From positions 1-64,000 of the forward strand of contig UYFQ01000609.1 of assembly GCA_900617105.1 (NCBI GenBank): a stretch of 64,000 nt of DNA, given 5' to 3'. A program made the position numbers and the translations under genes. This stretch comes from Hydrurus foetidus. Taxonomy: Eukaryota. The notes below the pieces were generated by a model, which worked only from the letters and a program-made list of their open reading frames with translations, ran no database searches and was not told where the DNA came from. Positions 1-11,767 of the stretch are shown here, in pieces (the first letter of the stretch is position 1; each line of letters opens with the position of its first letter).

Positions 1-2693
1 AAGGGATTGGGAATGTTCTAAAAATAGAACAGCCGTTCGTCTCCAATCAGTTCGAAAAGAACGAGAGATCAAACGTGCCATCGATGAGATGTTGAACTCG
101 GGAGTCATCGAGGAATCGAATGCGGTTTATTATAGCCATCCTGTCATAGTACAGAGAACAGCTGACTTGTTCAGATTTTGCATTGACTACCGAAATCTGA
201 ACAAATGCACACAGGCTTCCAGCTGGCCGCTTCCGAACATTCGAGCTCTTTTGAGAGAATCGGCCATCAACAGCCAGTCATATTCGGAGTTATGGATTTA
301 ACTTCTGGTTACCATCAGGCACCTATGGATCAAGGATCCAAGGTCCTGACTGCGTTCATTTGTTATTGCGGTGTATACCAATTCACCAGACTCCCCTTCG
401 GTCCTCGGAGAGCCCCCTCTTACTTCCAAGAGATGATGGCGACTATTGTCCTTAATGGACTCATCTACATTTCTTGTGAGATGTACTTAGACGATTGTAT
501 CGTTTTTGCACGAGGCCAGGACGAGTTCCTGGAGAGACTAGAACGAGTCTTTCGACGTTTTCGCTGTTTTGGTTTACTGCTTAAAGCAAAGAAATGTAGA
601 TTTGGGATGTCTCAGATCGATTATGTTGGCAGACAGATCTCTTCTCAGGGCATATCAATGTCAAAAGAGAAGATTGAATCTGTCCTAAATTTCCCAAAAC
701 CCATGACACTTACTTCTTTACGAAGTCTGTTGGGCTTGGCGAATTACTTCAGGAATTTTGTTCCTTTTCATTCCGACATCGTTGCACCCCTTCAGAGGAT
801 GATTGACCCTAAAGGGAGGAAAAAGTCAGCCCTTCAGTGGACTACGGAAGCAGATAAGGCTTTTGTTCTCATAAGACAAGCCATATCCCGCTGTCCGCTG
901 CTACACTTCTTAGACGAAGTGTCACCCATCGAGTTATACACCGATGCCTCTGACTACGGAGTAGGTGGAGTATTATTCCAAGTAACTAATTCTGTCAAGA
1001 ATCCAATCTCATTTGTGAGTAAGTCGCTTAGCGCAACACAAGTTAAATGGTCTACCATTCAAAAGGAGGCCTATGCAATATATTTTTGCTGTAAACAACT
1101 TGACTCTCTTATAAGAGATAGAAAATTTATCATCCATACTGATCATAAGAACTTAACCTTCTTAGGTCAAGATCCATCAGCAATGGTAAATAGATGGTCG
1201 ATGGCTCTCCAAGAGCTAGACTACACTGTGTCCTATATAAGTGGACCCAAGAACTTCATTGCCGATGCACTGTCTCGGTTATGTCCTAACTTAACACAGT
1301 TGGTGATTCTTGACCCACCTACTAGAGTGGAGGAAATTGATGTTCATATATCAGCTCTACATGAAGTTGCACCTGTTACCGAGTTACAACTCGAAGCTAT
1401 AGAGATGTGCCATAATGCCATGGTGGGACATGGAGGCATTGCTCGTACCCTCGATAAACTGTCAAGTATAGATGAGGAATGGCTCGACATGACATCCCAT
1501 GTTAGAGACTTCATCCGCAATTGCGCATGTTGCCAAAAAATGAGTGTGATCAAAATCCCTGTTCACATTCATAAATACACAACGTCTACTTATAGACCGT
1601 TTGACACAGTCAACATCGACTATATTGGTCCGTATCCGGATAATGGATATGTTTTGGTAATGATTTGTTCATTCACAAGATGGACTGAGCTTTACTGGTG
1701 TGTTAACAACACTGCACAATGTGCATGTGAATGCCTTCTACAATTCTTCGGTAGATTTGGTGCACCAAGCATGATCCGATCGGATCGTGGATCTCATTTC
1801 ATGAATGAAATCATACGTGAGTTCTTACTCCGTACAGGGACCCCCACAACTTAACCTTGGCATACTCAAAGCAGGAGAATGCTATAGTGGAAAGAGTTAA
1901 TAAGGAAGTTAATCGACACTTACGTGCTTTTACATTCCACTCTACAAATCTCGAAGCCTACAGGCTTTGCCTGCCTTTCGTGCAGAGAATTATCAACAGT
2001 TCCGTACATTCAAGTACGGGAGCTTCACCAGCTAGCTTGCTGTTTGGAAACCAACTAAACCTTGATAGAGGTATTCTTGTTAGGTTTCCAGATCAAACTC
2101 AAGTTCCGACTCGTTCGTCGAAGGTGATTGCAGACATGCTGCTCATCCAAACGCAACTCAACGATTTAGCGATAAATAAGTTGAAGACAACAGATATTAA
2201 CCGTGTAGCCGTTAATACAGAACCTAGAACTATTTTTCCAATAGGTTCGTACGTTCTCACTCTCAACCCTAGAGGTGCTGAGACTAGATTGCACAGTATG
2301 TGGCTGGGCCCATTTCTTGTTGTAAGCTATGATAAAAGTGAATACACTATTAAAAATCTTATCACGAAGAAAAATCGTGATGTTCATGCAAGTCAGTTGA
2401 AACCGTTTAGGTTCAACCCAACTTCCCAATCACCGACTGACACAGCTCGTCGCGACTACATGGAATTTTTTATTGAAGAGATCGTTTCCCACGTTGGAAA
2501 TAAAAAGAAACCTTCTACAATGAAATTTTATGTTAAATGGTTGAACTACGATTCAAACCATAATTCATGGGAACCATGGAAGTCCATGCGCGCCACAGAT
2601 CAACTTCATACGTATCTGCGCAATAACAACATGTTGCACGTTATTCCAAAAGAATTTCGAAATATGACTCCCAATACAAGGGAAGAACCGTGA
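1..2693 (+). pseudogene. Gypsy pol (RT, RNase H, integrase, chromodomain) with two apparent 1-nt frameshifts
   Basis: RT motifs FCIDYRNLN, DLTSGYHQ, LPFG and YLDD; RNase H TDAS...KEAYA...TDH...ADALSR; integrase H..H/CxxC, IDYIGP, SDRGSHF and ENAIVERVN; chromodomain IEEIVSH...FYVKWLNY..SWEP. Frame breaks at ~250 (T run) and ~1845 (C run) look like homopolymer deletions. Confidence 0.9.
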
Positions 2694-2912
2694 ATGATAT
2701 CTTTTGAAGATTACTCCTAAATATTTTTTTACCTCAATTACTTGAGTTTTTTTTTACGGAGGTTAGTCAGTACAAATCTGACATAATCATTCACGAGTAC
2801 ACACACTCGACACACAACCCCCCCTTCTTTTTTCTTTCTTTTCACATATTGTATTGTGTTTTATACATATTTCTGAAAGAAAATAAAAAATGTCATCTAA
2901 TTTTTGGAAATG

Positions 2913-3057
2913 TTGCCCTTCATTATGAAGCGCTAGTTTAGTTACTCTTCCTTCTGAAGCGTTAGTTTAGATCATAAAAATCATTTCTAAAAAAATCATT
3001 TTCACTCTTCCTTAAGAAGCGTTAGTTTACTTGCCCTTCCTAAAAGCGCTAGCCTAC
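2913..3057 (+). repeat. four imperfect ~29-30 bp repeats in the Gypsy 3' UTR
   Basis: TTGCCCTTCATTATGAAGCGCTAGTTTAG / TTACTCTTCCTTCTGAAGCGTTAGTTTAG / TTCACTCTTCCTTAAGAAGCGTTAGTTTAC / TTGCCCTTCCTAAAAGCGCTAGCCTAC. Confidence 0.75.
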
Positions 3058-3109
3058 TTTATTCATTCTCAAAATTGATTTCAATTTTAGTTAAAATAAG
3101 TGGGGGTAG

Positions 3110-3296
3110 TGTAGCCGTCTGGGGCCCTCGGGACCTTGGACCCCATTCCGTCTGTTTGGGTTCATACCCAAACACACTGTAGACTTCTAGGTAGACTCCT
3201 AGCACCCTAGTAGGATGTTTCCCTGCTCATATATAGTTCAACAACCCCTTGTAAGCCTAACCCAACACCTCCTAGCCCTCTAGCCTAGTTCCTTCA
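3110..3296 (+). repeat. 3' LTR of the Gypsy element (~187 bp)
   Basis: Starts TGTAG directly after the PPT, contains ATATATA at ~3229 and ends CTTCA at 3296, where Copia-derived coding sequence resumes. The end point is inferred because the second LTR is not in the window. Confidence 0.65.
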
Positions 3297-6152
3297 GGGC
3301 CACACTCACCGCTATCGTACTGCTGATCCCGGTAGTCACCCCCGTTTTCAACCGGTTCACCCCCACTGTCCGGTCTCTCGTCTATCGCTTCCTGATCCTC
3401 ATCTCCGTCTAGCGGTAATATGGATGGGTCTACACCGTCGTTCACCGTAGGCTCGATCGTGTCTGGTAGATCCCCCCTAGAGTCTCCGTCCTGTTTGTAC
3501 GACAACGGTCGCTCGTACAGCTCACCTCTACCTTTCACACGCCCGTCTGCTAGCGCAAGTTCGTTAAGCCTCTTGATTACCGATTCTGGCATCGGTAATA
3601 TTCTAAATTGGTCCCTATTCACCAGTCGTCCAGCACTCAGAGAGAGCATTCTCACGGACCCTGTACGGTTGCCAAGCGGGAGCATCACCACGCAGTCTTC
3701 TGTGCGACTCCCTAGTCCTGCATCTGTGTTTGGTACGGTACACTGCGCGTAGTCGCCAAACGAACAACGAAAATCTCGCTTACCATCTGGCTTCCTTCCT
3801 ATAAACGCCTCGCGGGGACTTGGGCCGTATCCCCGTTAACCGGCCGGTTCGTAGTTCAGCCTGGATATACAGTACAGTACACAAAGCTGCTATACCCACG
3901 GTCGACAGATTGAACGGCAGGTGGTACGCTACGTGAGCCCGTACCCTTTCTTTAATAATCTTATTCTTCTCTCGATTCTAGCCACGTGACCCCCAGCTCC
4001 GCTCACGTCGACTTCAACTCCGAGTTTTCCCAACTCGTCGACAAGGCTGGTGACCGCCCCCTCTCCGTCGCTCATGATGATGGACGTCCGAAAGTTTTGA
4101 GACGCGAGGACACCGAGGAAATGGTTGATGCCGATCTTGACTTGCCCTGCTGTCCTCGCCGACTTCTTTAGATCAGCTGTGTTAAGACTGTATGCGATAG
4201 TTAGTCCTAACGGAGTAGCCACCCCAACTAGAATAGCTAATTTCTCTATAAACATAATGTCAATCGATAACACCTGATCCCGTTGTAAGATTTTTGTGCT
4301 CACGGTTATATCGGGGACGGCTGTAGCTCTCTTCGTTGTTTTACCCTTCAGCGATGCGATGTCCTTCCCCCATATCGCGTCTGCGATCTGGAAGTCTCTT
4401 GCTGTCACGTCAAAGTTGCTCCCGCTATTGACGATTGACATCGCCTGTTCTACCGTCGGGAATCCCATTCTGGCCAGTAGCTCGCGGGCACGCCTGCCCT
4501 GCTCTATTTCGCGTTTTGTAAATGCCTTTAAATTCTCGACTACTGTCGTGACAAGTGCGCTCCCGCACTCCATTTCTCTCCAATCACAGGAATAGAATCT
4601 TCCCTCGCTCCCAACGACACGCTTTCTTCCGAAGCGATAGATCCTCGTGCTTCCCTTCGGCTGGAGAGTGAAGCAGTCGCTCAGGTGGTCGTACCGAATC
4701 GACGCCCCTGAGTCGACTTGGGAAGCAAATGACAGAATATTTGCTGAGGCTGAACCGCTGTAGTACACCGTCCCAAATTCGCCGAACTCTCCTTCCCGAT
4801 CGACTGACACTCCCGCTCCCTGTTGAATTCCGCTCACTTTTATTGTTCTCTCGGACTTTCTAACGTCGGTAAGCAAATCAGGATTGCTGAATATATTTAG
4901 TGACGCCTCGTTGTCTAGTAGCACGTCAAATCGCGAGAAGCAGCACACTTCGTCTGCAGCCACAAGTGCTACTCCCCACTCGCTCGATTCACCTTCGTAC
5001 TCCTCGTCCGACTCCCCGTCGTGACGTGGACTTTTTCCGATGACGATTTCTTTTGTGGGCAATCCCTCGCGTAGTGCCCTTTAGTTTCACACTTGTAACA
5101 CTCCACATCCGCTATTGATTTCTTACTGCCCCCTCCGGCTTTCCCCGCTTTCTTCTCGGCCGGGTCCTTGGTCATAGTGACATGTGCACCTTCGGCAACG
5201 TACGCCGCGTTCGCACCCGCAGGTGTCAGAGTGGGTGTATGGACGGGCACTCGGTCATTCCACTCTGACGAGATGTGGAATGCTAGGGCGAGCGTGGTGG
5301 GGAACGCACCCGGTTTCCGCCGTAGCGCGTCGTGCTTCATATCGTCCAACATGACCTTGTACCGACGGGTGTCGAGTTTCCCTAGGAAGTCCAATGCTCG
5401 CTTTGACTCCGACACTGCGGCGATCCCCACGGCTGCGTTCGCTGTTACCTGTTCATCAAATCTGTTCTTGAAGGTGACGATATGTTCCCTCTCACCTTGC
5501 CTCATTGACCCGTACTTACTCTCCTGTTCGTGTTGATTGTACTCTTGCAGTGACTCGTCTCCACCGTACATGTGTGTGAGGTGGGTTCTCCTGATGAGTG
5601 TCCACAGCAGGACACAGTCCAGCGTAAGGTAAGCAGTCTGAACTCCTCTTCCTCCTTGACCCTACTCTGTTAGTCCATCGACATACGCTTCCACATCATG
5701 GGGTACATTGTACGTTCGTTCTCACGTTGCGTTTTGACATCTCTCTTCCTCTGAATATAATCATCCTCCTTAAACTTCGCTCTCGAGCGTTCCGACGCTT
5801 TTCGTCTTCTCTCGTTTCTCGCCAGTCTGGCGGCGATACGAGCAGGTTTCGCAGCAGCGTACGCTACGGCCTCTGGGTCAGGTGCTGGCTGTGGTTGATC
5901 GTCGCCCCCGTCGTCGTCGTCCTCATCCGAGCTGGAGCTCTCCGACGACGAATCCGCAGGGTAATCCCTGTATGAAATTCTCGGGAGCTCATATCTCACG
6001 TTGGTGGAGAAGAACATGCCCACTATCCCGTATAGCTCGGTTACTACCGTCTGCATGTGTTCTCTCCATCTTATGATGTTGTTGTGTTTGCCGTATTGAA
6101 GCGTACACTCCTCTGTACTTTTGAAAGCTTCTGCAACGCGTTTGGGAGGCAT
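3297..6152 (-). pseudogene. Copia copy 1 gag-pol (gag, zinc knuckle, protease, integrase), multiply frameshifted
   Basis: ATG at 6152. ORF pieces 5670-6173, 4969-5571, 3929-5062 and 3272-3691 align in order with copy 2 gag-pol. Confidence 0.85.
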
Positions 6153-6176
6153 TGGAATGCCTGCTCCAGTCAATTA

Positions 6177-6508
6177 TGTTGACGGATCTTTGGTTCAGCC
6201 GACACGTACGAGGGTGAGTGTACAGCGGTTGAAGAACGCTCGGTCAAGGCTCGTGAAATAAGCTTTGGGTTGTCAGTAATCACTTGTTAATTGACTGTGC
6301 TTCATCCCTGCTGAAGTCCCCGAGTCCCTTTCAACGCAACAACAAAAGACATCCTACACTACTTCTTGAAGTACCGAGCCGAAGCACGGGTCCACACATC
6401 GTCGTCACGCATGCACGCACACACACACACACACACTAATCCGTACGTCCGTACGAATGCATAAGTACACAGATTGTGTTCGTGTCATAAACTAAGATAT
6501 CTCCAACA
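6177..6508 (-). repeat. 5' LTR of Copia copy 1 (332 bp)
   Basis: Minus strand runs TGTTGGAGATATC...CGTCAACA. Homologous to the copy 2 LTR, including the (GT)n tract and GACTCGGGG..CTTCAGCAG.GATGAAGCACAGTC. Confidence 0.88.
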
Positions 6509-6516
6509 GTACCTAC

Positions 6517-6589
6517 TGTTGGATATATCTGAGTTCATGACACGAACACATTATGTGTACTTATGCATTCGTACAGCGGCGTACGGATT

Positions 6590-6623
<34 letters not shown>

Positions 6624-6853
6624 TGTGTGCGTTACAAGGATGTATGGACCTGAAAAGTTTCTGTACTTCAAGTGTAGTGTAGAGTTTGAATTTACCATCG
6701 CATTAAAACTGACTCGGGGCTTCAGCAGAGATGAAGCACAGTCGAATTAACAAGTGTTTATCGATACTCTAAATCCCATTTCACGAGTCTTGGCAAGTGA
6801 GCCAGTGTTCCGAAGGTCCACGTTCCTCCCTGGAATCGAAAGGTTCTCCAACA
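6517..6853 (+). repeat. 5' LTR of Copia copy 2 (337 bp)
   Basis: By eye, identical to 11768-12100 except (GT)14 versus (GT)12. Confidence 0.96.
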
Positions 6854-6865
6854 TAATTCGACTGT
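6854..6865 (+). promoter_or_regulatory. non-tRNA primer-binding site complementary to LTR 6738-6749 (candidate self-priming PBS)
   Basis: TAATTCGACTGT is the exact reverse complement of ACAGTCGAATTA in the LTR. There is no TGG to match a tRNA CCA end. Confidence 0.7.
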
Positions 6866-6877
6866 CGAGGCATTGAT

Positions 6878-9800
6878 ATGCCACCTAAACGCGCCGTTGA
6901 AGCTGTGAGAAGCACAGAGGAATGCATCCTACAAATCGGCAAATATAACAACATCATCAAATGGCGCGAGAGTATGCAAACGATAGTCACCGAGCTATAT
7001 GGCATAGTCGGGATGTTCTTCACTACGGATGTGAGATATGAACTCCCGCGCACCGCGATCAAATATCCTGATGCATCGGCATCGGAAGAATCAACATCCG
7101 AATCGGATGATGAAGGCGAGGCCGCTAGACCGCTAGTACCGCCTGAAGTACGTGCCGCGCACGCGGCGGGCAAAGCAGCGAGAGACGCGGCAAGAGAAAC
7201 CCGAAACGAGCGGCGCCGAAAAAGCAATGATAGATCGAGAGCAAAATATAAAGAGGAGGATTACCTCCAGAGAAAACGCGACCTCAAAGCTCAGAAGGAG
7301 CATGAGCGCACCATCTTCCCTATGATGTGGAAGCGCATGTCGACGGACTCACAGAGTCGTGTCAAGGAAGAAGACGGGTATCGTACAGCCTACCTCACAC
7401 TGGACTGTGTCTTACTATGGACGCTCATCAGAAGAACACACCTCACCCACATGTTCGGCGATACGGACCCTATGAAGGAAATCAACCAGCACGAACAGGA
7501 GAGTAAGTACGGGATGATGAGACAGGGGGAAAGGGAACTGATCACAACCTTCAAAGCCAGATTTGACGAGCAGGTCCTAGCGAATGATGCAGTTGGAGTG
7601 GCCAGGATCACAGACACCCTTCGTGCACTTGACTTCATCGGGAAGCTCGACCCGAAGCGATACAGACGCATGATGACAGAGATGAGGAACGACGCACTCC
7701 GACAGAAACCGGATGCTTACCCCAAGACACTCGCCGCGGCGTTCAGGATCTCATCCCAGTGGCGGAGCAACGGCAGTTCAGCGATGGTACCCACACCCCC
7801 AGGGGCATCGGCATTCGTCACGGAGGAAGTCCACGTCACCGCATAGAAGGACACGGAGAAGCGAGCCGGGAAGACCGGAGGGGTCAGGAAGAAGTCACTA
7901 ACCGACGTCGACTGCTATGCCTGCGATGGAAAGGGACACTATGCGAGGAATTGCCCCAACAAGAAACCGTCATCAGAAAAAGTCCACGTATCGAAGGCTG
8001 AACCTGACAGTGACGATGAGAGTGAGAGAGATGATTGGGGAGTTGCACTTGTGACAGCGAGCGAAGTCTGTCTGTTCTCACAGTACGACGTCCTACTCGA
8101 CAATGAAGCGTCTCTAAACATATTCAGCAATAAAGACTTACTCACTGGGATCAGACAAGCTGAGAAGACAATTAAAGTGAGCGGAATACAATCTGGAGAA
8201 GGAGTCACCGTGGATCGCGAAGGCGAGTTCGGAGAGTTCGGAACTGTTTTCTACAGTGAAGACGCATCAGCTAACATTCTATCATTCGCCTCTCAGGTAG
8301 ATGCTGGAGCGAACGTTAGATACGACTACGTGAGCGACTGCTTCACCTTACGTCCTAAGGGGAGCAACAACGTCTATCGATTCGGGAGAAAAACAGTTCC
8401 CGGTAGTGAAGGAAGATTTTACTCTTGCGATTGGAGAAACGTCGAAGCCGAGTCAGCGATGGTTGCCACGGTGGAGCAGAACTCACGAGCATTCACGAGG
8501 CGCGAGATAGACAGAGCGAGATCGGCTCGCGAGCTCATGGCTAGGATGGGGTTTCCATCGGTAGCAATGGCGATGTCGATAGTCAACACTGGAAGCAACT
8601 TCGACATATCAGCGAGAGACTTCCGAGTCGCAGAATCAATTTGGGGCAGAGACATGGCATCGATAAAGGGGAAATCGACCAAGCGAGCTACTATGGCTGC
8701 AGATATATCAATCAAAGCTAAAATCGTCCAGAAGGATCAGGTGCTCTCTATCGACATTATGTTTATAGACAAAATCGCTATACTAATCGGCGTGGCTACT
8801 CCACTAGGGCTAACTATAGCATATAGCCTCAACAATGTGGTGCTCAAGAAGTCCAGCAGAGCAGCGGAGCATGTGAGGAAGGGAATCGCTCACTTCCTTG
8901 GTGTGCTTGGATCACAAGGCTTCAAGACATCCGTGATCATGAGTGACGGCGAGGGCGCAGTAGTCACACTTGTGGATGAGCTTGGGAAATTGGGAGTGGA
9001 CATTGACATCAGCGGAGCAGGTGGTCACGTAGCGAGAATTGAAAGGAGAATTCGAGTCATCAAGGAAAGACTGAGAGCTCACGTATCGTACCACCTGCCT
9101 TTTACATTATCGAGCGTGGGTGTTGTTATGTGCGTACTGTACGTAGTGTCGAGACTGAACTACGAGCCGTACGGTGAGAGAGAATACGGACCGAGTCCTA
9201 GAGAAGCATTCATTGGTAGAAAGCCTGATGGCAAAAGAGACTTTAGATGTGCGTTTGGAGATTACGTGCAGTGTACAGTACCTAATACAGATTCAACTCT
9301 AAAACCACGCACAGAAGACTGTGCCGTTATGCTTCCAGTTGGAAACCGTACGGGAACAGTGAGAATGCTGTCACTAGCGACAGGGAAGCTAGTCAATCGT
9401 GATCAATTTACTATACTACCGATGCCGGAGTCAGTGATTAAGAGAATGAATGCACTAGCGCTAGCAGACGGTAGGGTGAAGGGCAAGAGTGACCTCGAGA
9501 AATCTAACAGCGCATACGACCGCATCAGCGACAACTCAGACGACCTACCTGAGACCATGGAAACGATGATCAACGAGGGTGTAGACTCGTCAAGTGACTT
9601 GCTGGACGCAAACTACAATCCTGAGCTGACATACGAAGAGTCAGTCAAGCAAGCGGATGTAGCTCAACAAGATGAACAGCCCGCAGAAGAGACTGTATAC
9701 GTGGAAGATATGATACCAACAGCGATACCTGCAGCCAGAGTGCGTGCGGAACCAAGAGTAGATGACATCGAGGACATGATGAACATCTTCAGGGAACTGG

Positions 9801-11702
9801 CAGTAGGAGCACCTCAAACTGCATCACACGAAGTAGCCGATGAGCAGGGGGTACCGGAAGATTACGGAGAGAACGGTGCAGTAGATACGGGTGTACTCGA
9901 GGAATCAGTCGTCCCAGCTGCGACACCACCTACATACGCAGCGTACGGACACAGGGTGGTGTCCAGAGTGGATCTTATGGACATGTTTAGATCAGACAAG
10001 CACAGTATGGCAATGCTGACACGAAACTACGACTCAGCAGGAGGTGACTGGGGGGAGTTCGTACTTAATATATCAGTAAACGACGCATTGAGAACGAGAG
10101 GCAAAGATGCCGAGACCGTAATACAGAAAGAACTGAGTCAGATGATTGGGAAGAAGGTACAGACGCCGGTAGACATACGAGGATTATCGTACGAAGAGAA
10201 GCGTTGGATCATTCGATCGAGCATGTTTCTAAAAGAGAAGTTCCTAGCAAGTGGAGAGTTTGAGAAGCTGAAGGCTAGACTAGTAGCGGGTGGTGACCAA
10301 CAGGACAAGACACTATATGATGACCTATCAGCACCAACTGTAGGGACCAGCTCGGTGTTCACCCTGCTGTGCATCGCGGCACACGAGGGACGGAAAGTCG
10401 CCGTGATCGACATTAGTGGGGCATATTTAAATGGGGACATGAATACAGGACTCACAGTGCATATGGACTAGACAAGAACATGACAGGTATGATGGTGAAG
10501 CTGTCACCAGGTTATGCGAAATACACGGATGCGCGTGGGTGCGTGGTGGTACGGTTGGATAAGGCCCTATACGGATGCGTAGAGTCAGCAGCCCTATGGT
10601 ACGAGAACCTCAGAGAGAGCATGAAGAAACTCGGGTATACTCCAAACCTGATAGACATATGCGTGTTCAACAAGACGGGCGAAAAAGGAGTGCAGTGTAC
10701 AATCGCAGTACATATGGACGATTCAATGATCACTAGCACTGACTCAGATATGATAGAGTTGGCCTGATAGAGCAGGCCTGACTCGTAGCAGGCCTGATCG
10801 AGAGATATGGGGACATCGTCCGCAAGGACGGACCGACAGTCAACTACCTGGGGATGGTATTCGACTTGACCGCGAGAGGTGTTGCTCGGGTGACTATGAC
10901 TGGGTATGTCAACGACATGCTAAGGGAAGTGGGGACATGCAAGGGTGCACGCACTCCCGCCACTGACGGGCTGTTCGACGTCAGACCCGATGCACTTACG
11001 GTGAGCGAAGGACTGAGGGTGATGTTTCACCGGCATGTAGCGAAGATGCTATATCTAGCAAAGCGTGCTAGACCAGACTGCCTGACTGCAGTTGCTTTCC
11101 TCGCCACAAGGGTCACGAAATGCACAGTGGACGACCTAGCCAAGCTAGATCGTCTCATGAGATACGTGTGGGCGACGAGAGATAGAGGTATAGTGTTCGC
11201 TCCTGGTGAGAAGGGGATCGTGGTAAGCGTGCTGATCGACGCAGCGTATGGAGTGCACGCGGATGGGAGGTCACACACGGGAAGCTGCATTGTGATTGGT
11301 GATAGCGGAGCAGTGCATTGTAAGTCTGCGAAGCAGCAGATCGTCACAAAGTCGAGTACGGAAGCGGAGCTAGTAGCACTGTCAGACTCAGCGAATCAGG
11401 CGTTACACCTGAGGAATTTCATCATAGCCCAAGGACACCCGTGCGAGCCTGTGACCATCCACCAAGACAACATGTCTTGCATGGCCCTCATCGACCGAGG
11501 GCGGTCCGCGGCGGAGCGTACGAGGCACATCTCTATCAAATACTTCTGGTTGAAAGAGAGGGTGGATACAGGGGAAGCTAGGGTGAAGCACCTAGGTACG
11601 AAGAACATGTATGCCAACATGTTGACAAAGCCGCTCCAAGGAGCTCAGTTCAAGGAAGAAAGAAAGGGGGTCACTGGGTGGCCGGATAACGAGTTAGCTT
11701 AG
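6878..11702 (+). pseudogene. Copia copy 2 gag-pol polyprotein with in-frame TAG (7844-7846), frameshift (~10465) and short duplication/frameshift (~10760-10800)
   Basis: Zinc knuckle CYACDGKGHYARNC; protease LLDNEAS; integrase SIDIMF..SDGEG..ERRIR; RT KARLVAGG, DISGAYL, LDKALYG and HMDD; RNase H DAAYG..SHTG..SSTEAE..QDN..ANMLTKPL. Confidence 0.92.
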
Positions 11703-11767
11703 ATTATTATTTCATAGCGAATGCTTGATAGACAAACTGCGTGCAAATGAGTTGTGACATGAGGGTG

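Larger units (their letters stand above)
1..3296 (+). mobile_element. Ty3/Gypsy chromovirus-type LTR retrotransposon, 3' part (5' end outside window)
   Basis: Domain order RT-RNaseH-integrase-chromodomain, followed by an AT-rich 3' UTR, a polypurine tract (AAATAAGTGGGGGTAG, ~3094-3109) and a TG...CA LTR. Confidence 0.93.
3297..6508 (-). mobile_element. Ty1/Copia (CoDi-like) LTR retrotransposon copy 1: 5' LTR, gag, protease, integrase; interrupted by the Gypsy insertion
   Basis: Minus-strand ORF pieces are colinear with and clearly homologous to copy 2: MPPKRV.., zinc knuckle CYKCETKGHYARDC, protease LLDNEAS, integrase SIDIMF/SDGEG/ERRIR. RT is absent on this side of the Gypsy. Confidence 0.92.

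Noticed and set aside
4969..5062. Programmed gag-pol frameshift in Copia copy 1
   Set aside because: Copy 2 is in frame across the same region, and the shift maps to a G run, consistent with a 1-nt loss.
7844..7846. Programmed stop-codon readthrough between gag and pol in Copia copy 2
   Set aside because: The TAG lies upstream of the zinc knuckle and the sister element has a sense codon (Thr) at the aligned site. A point lesion or error is more likely.
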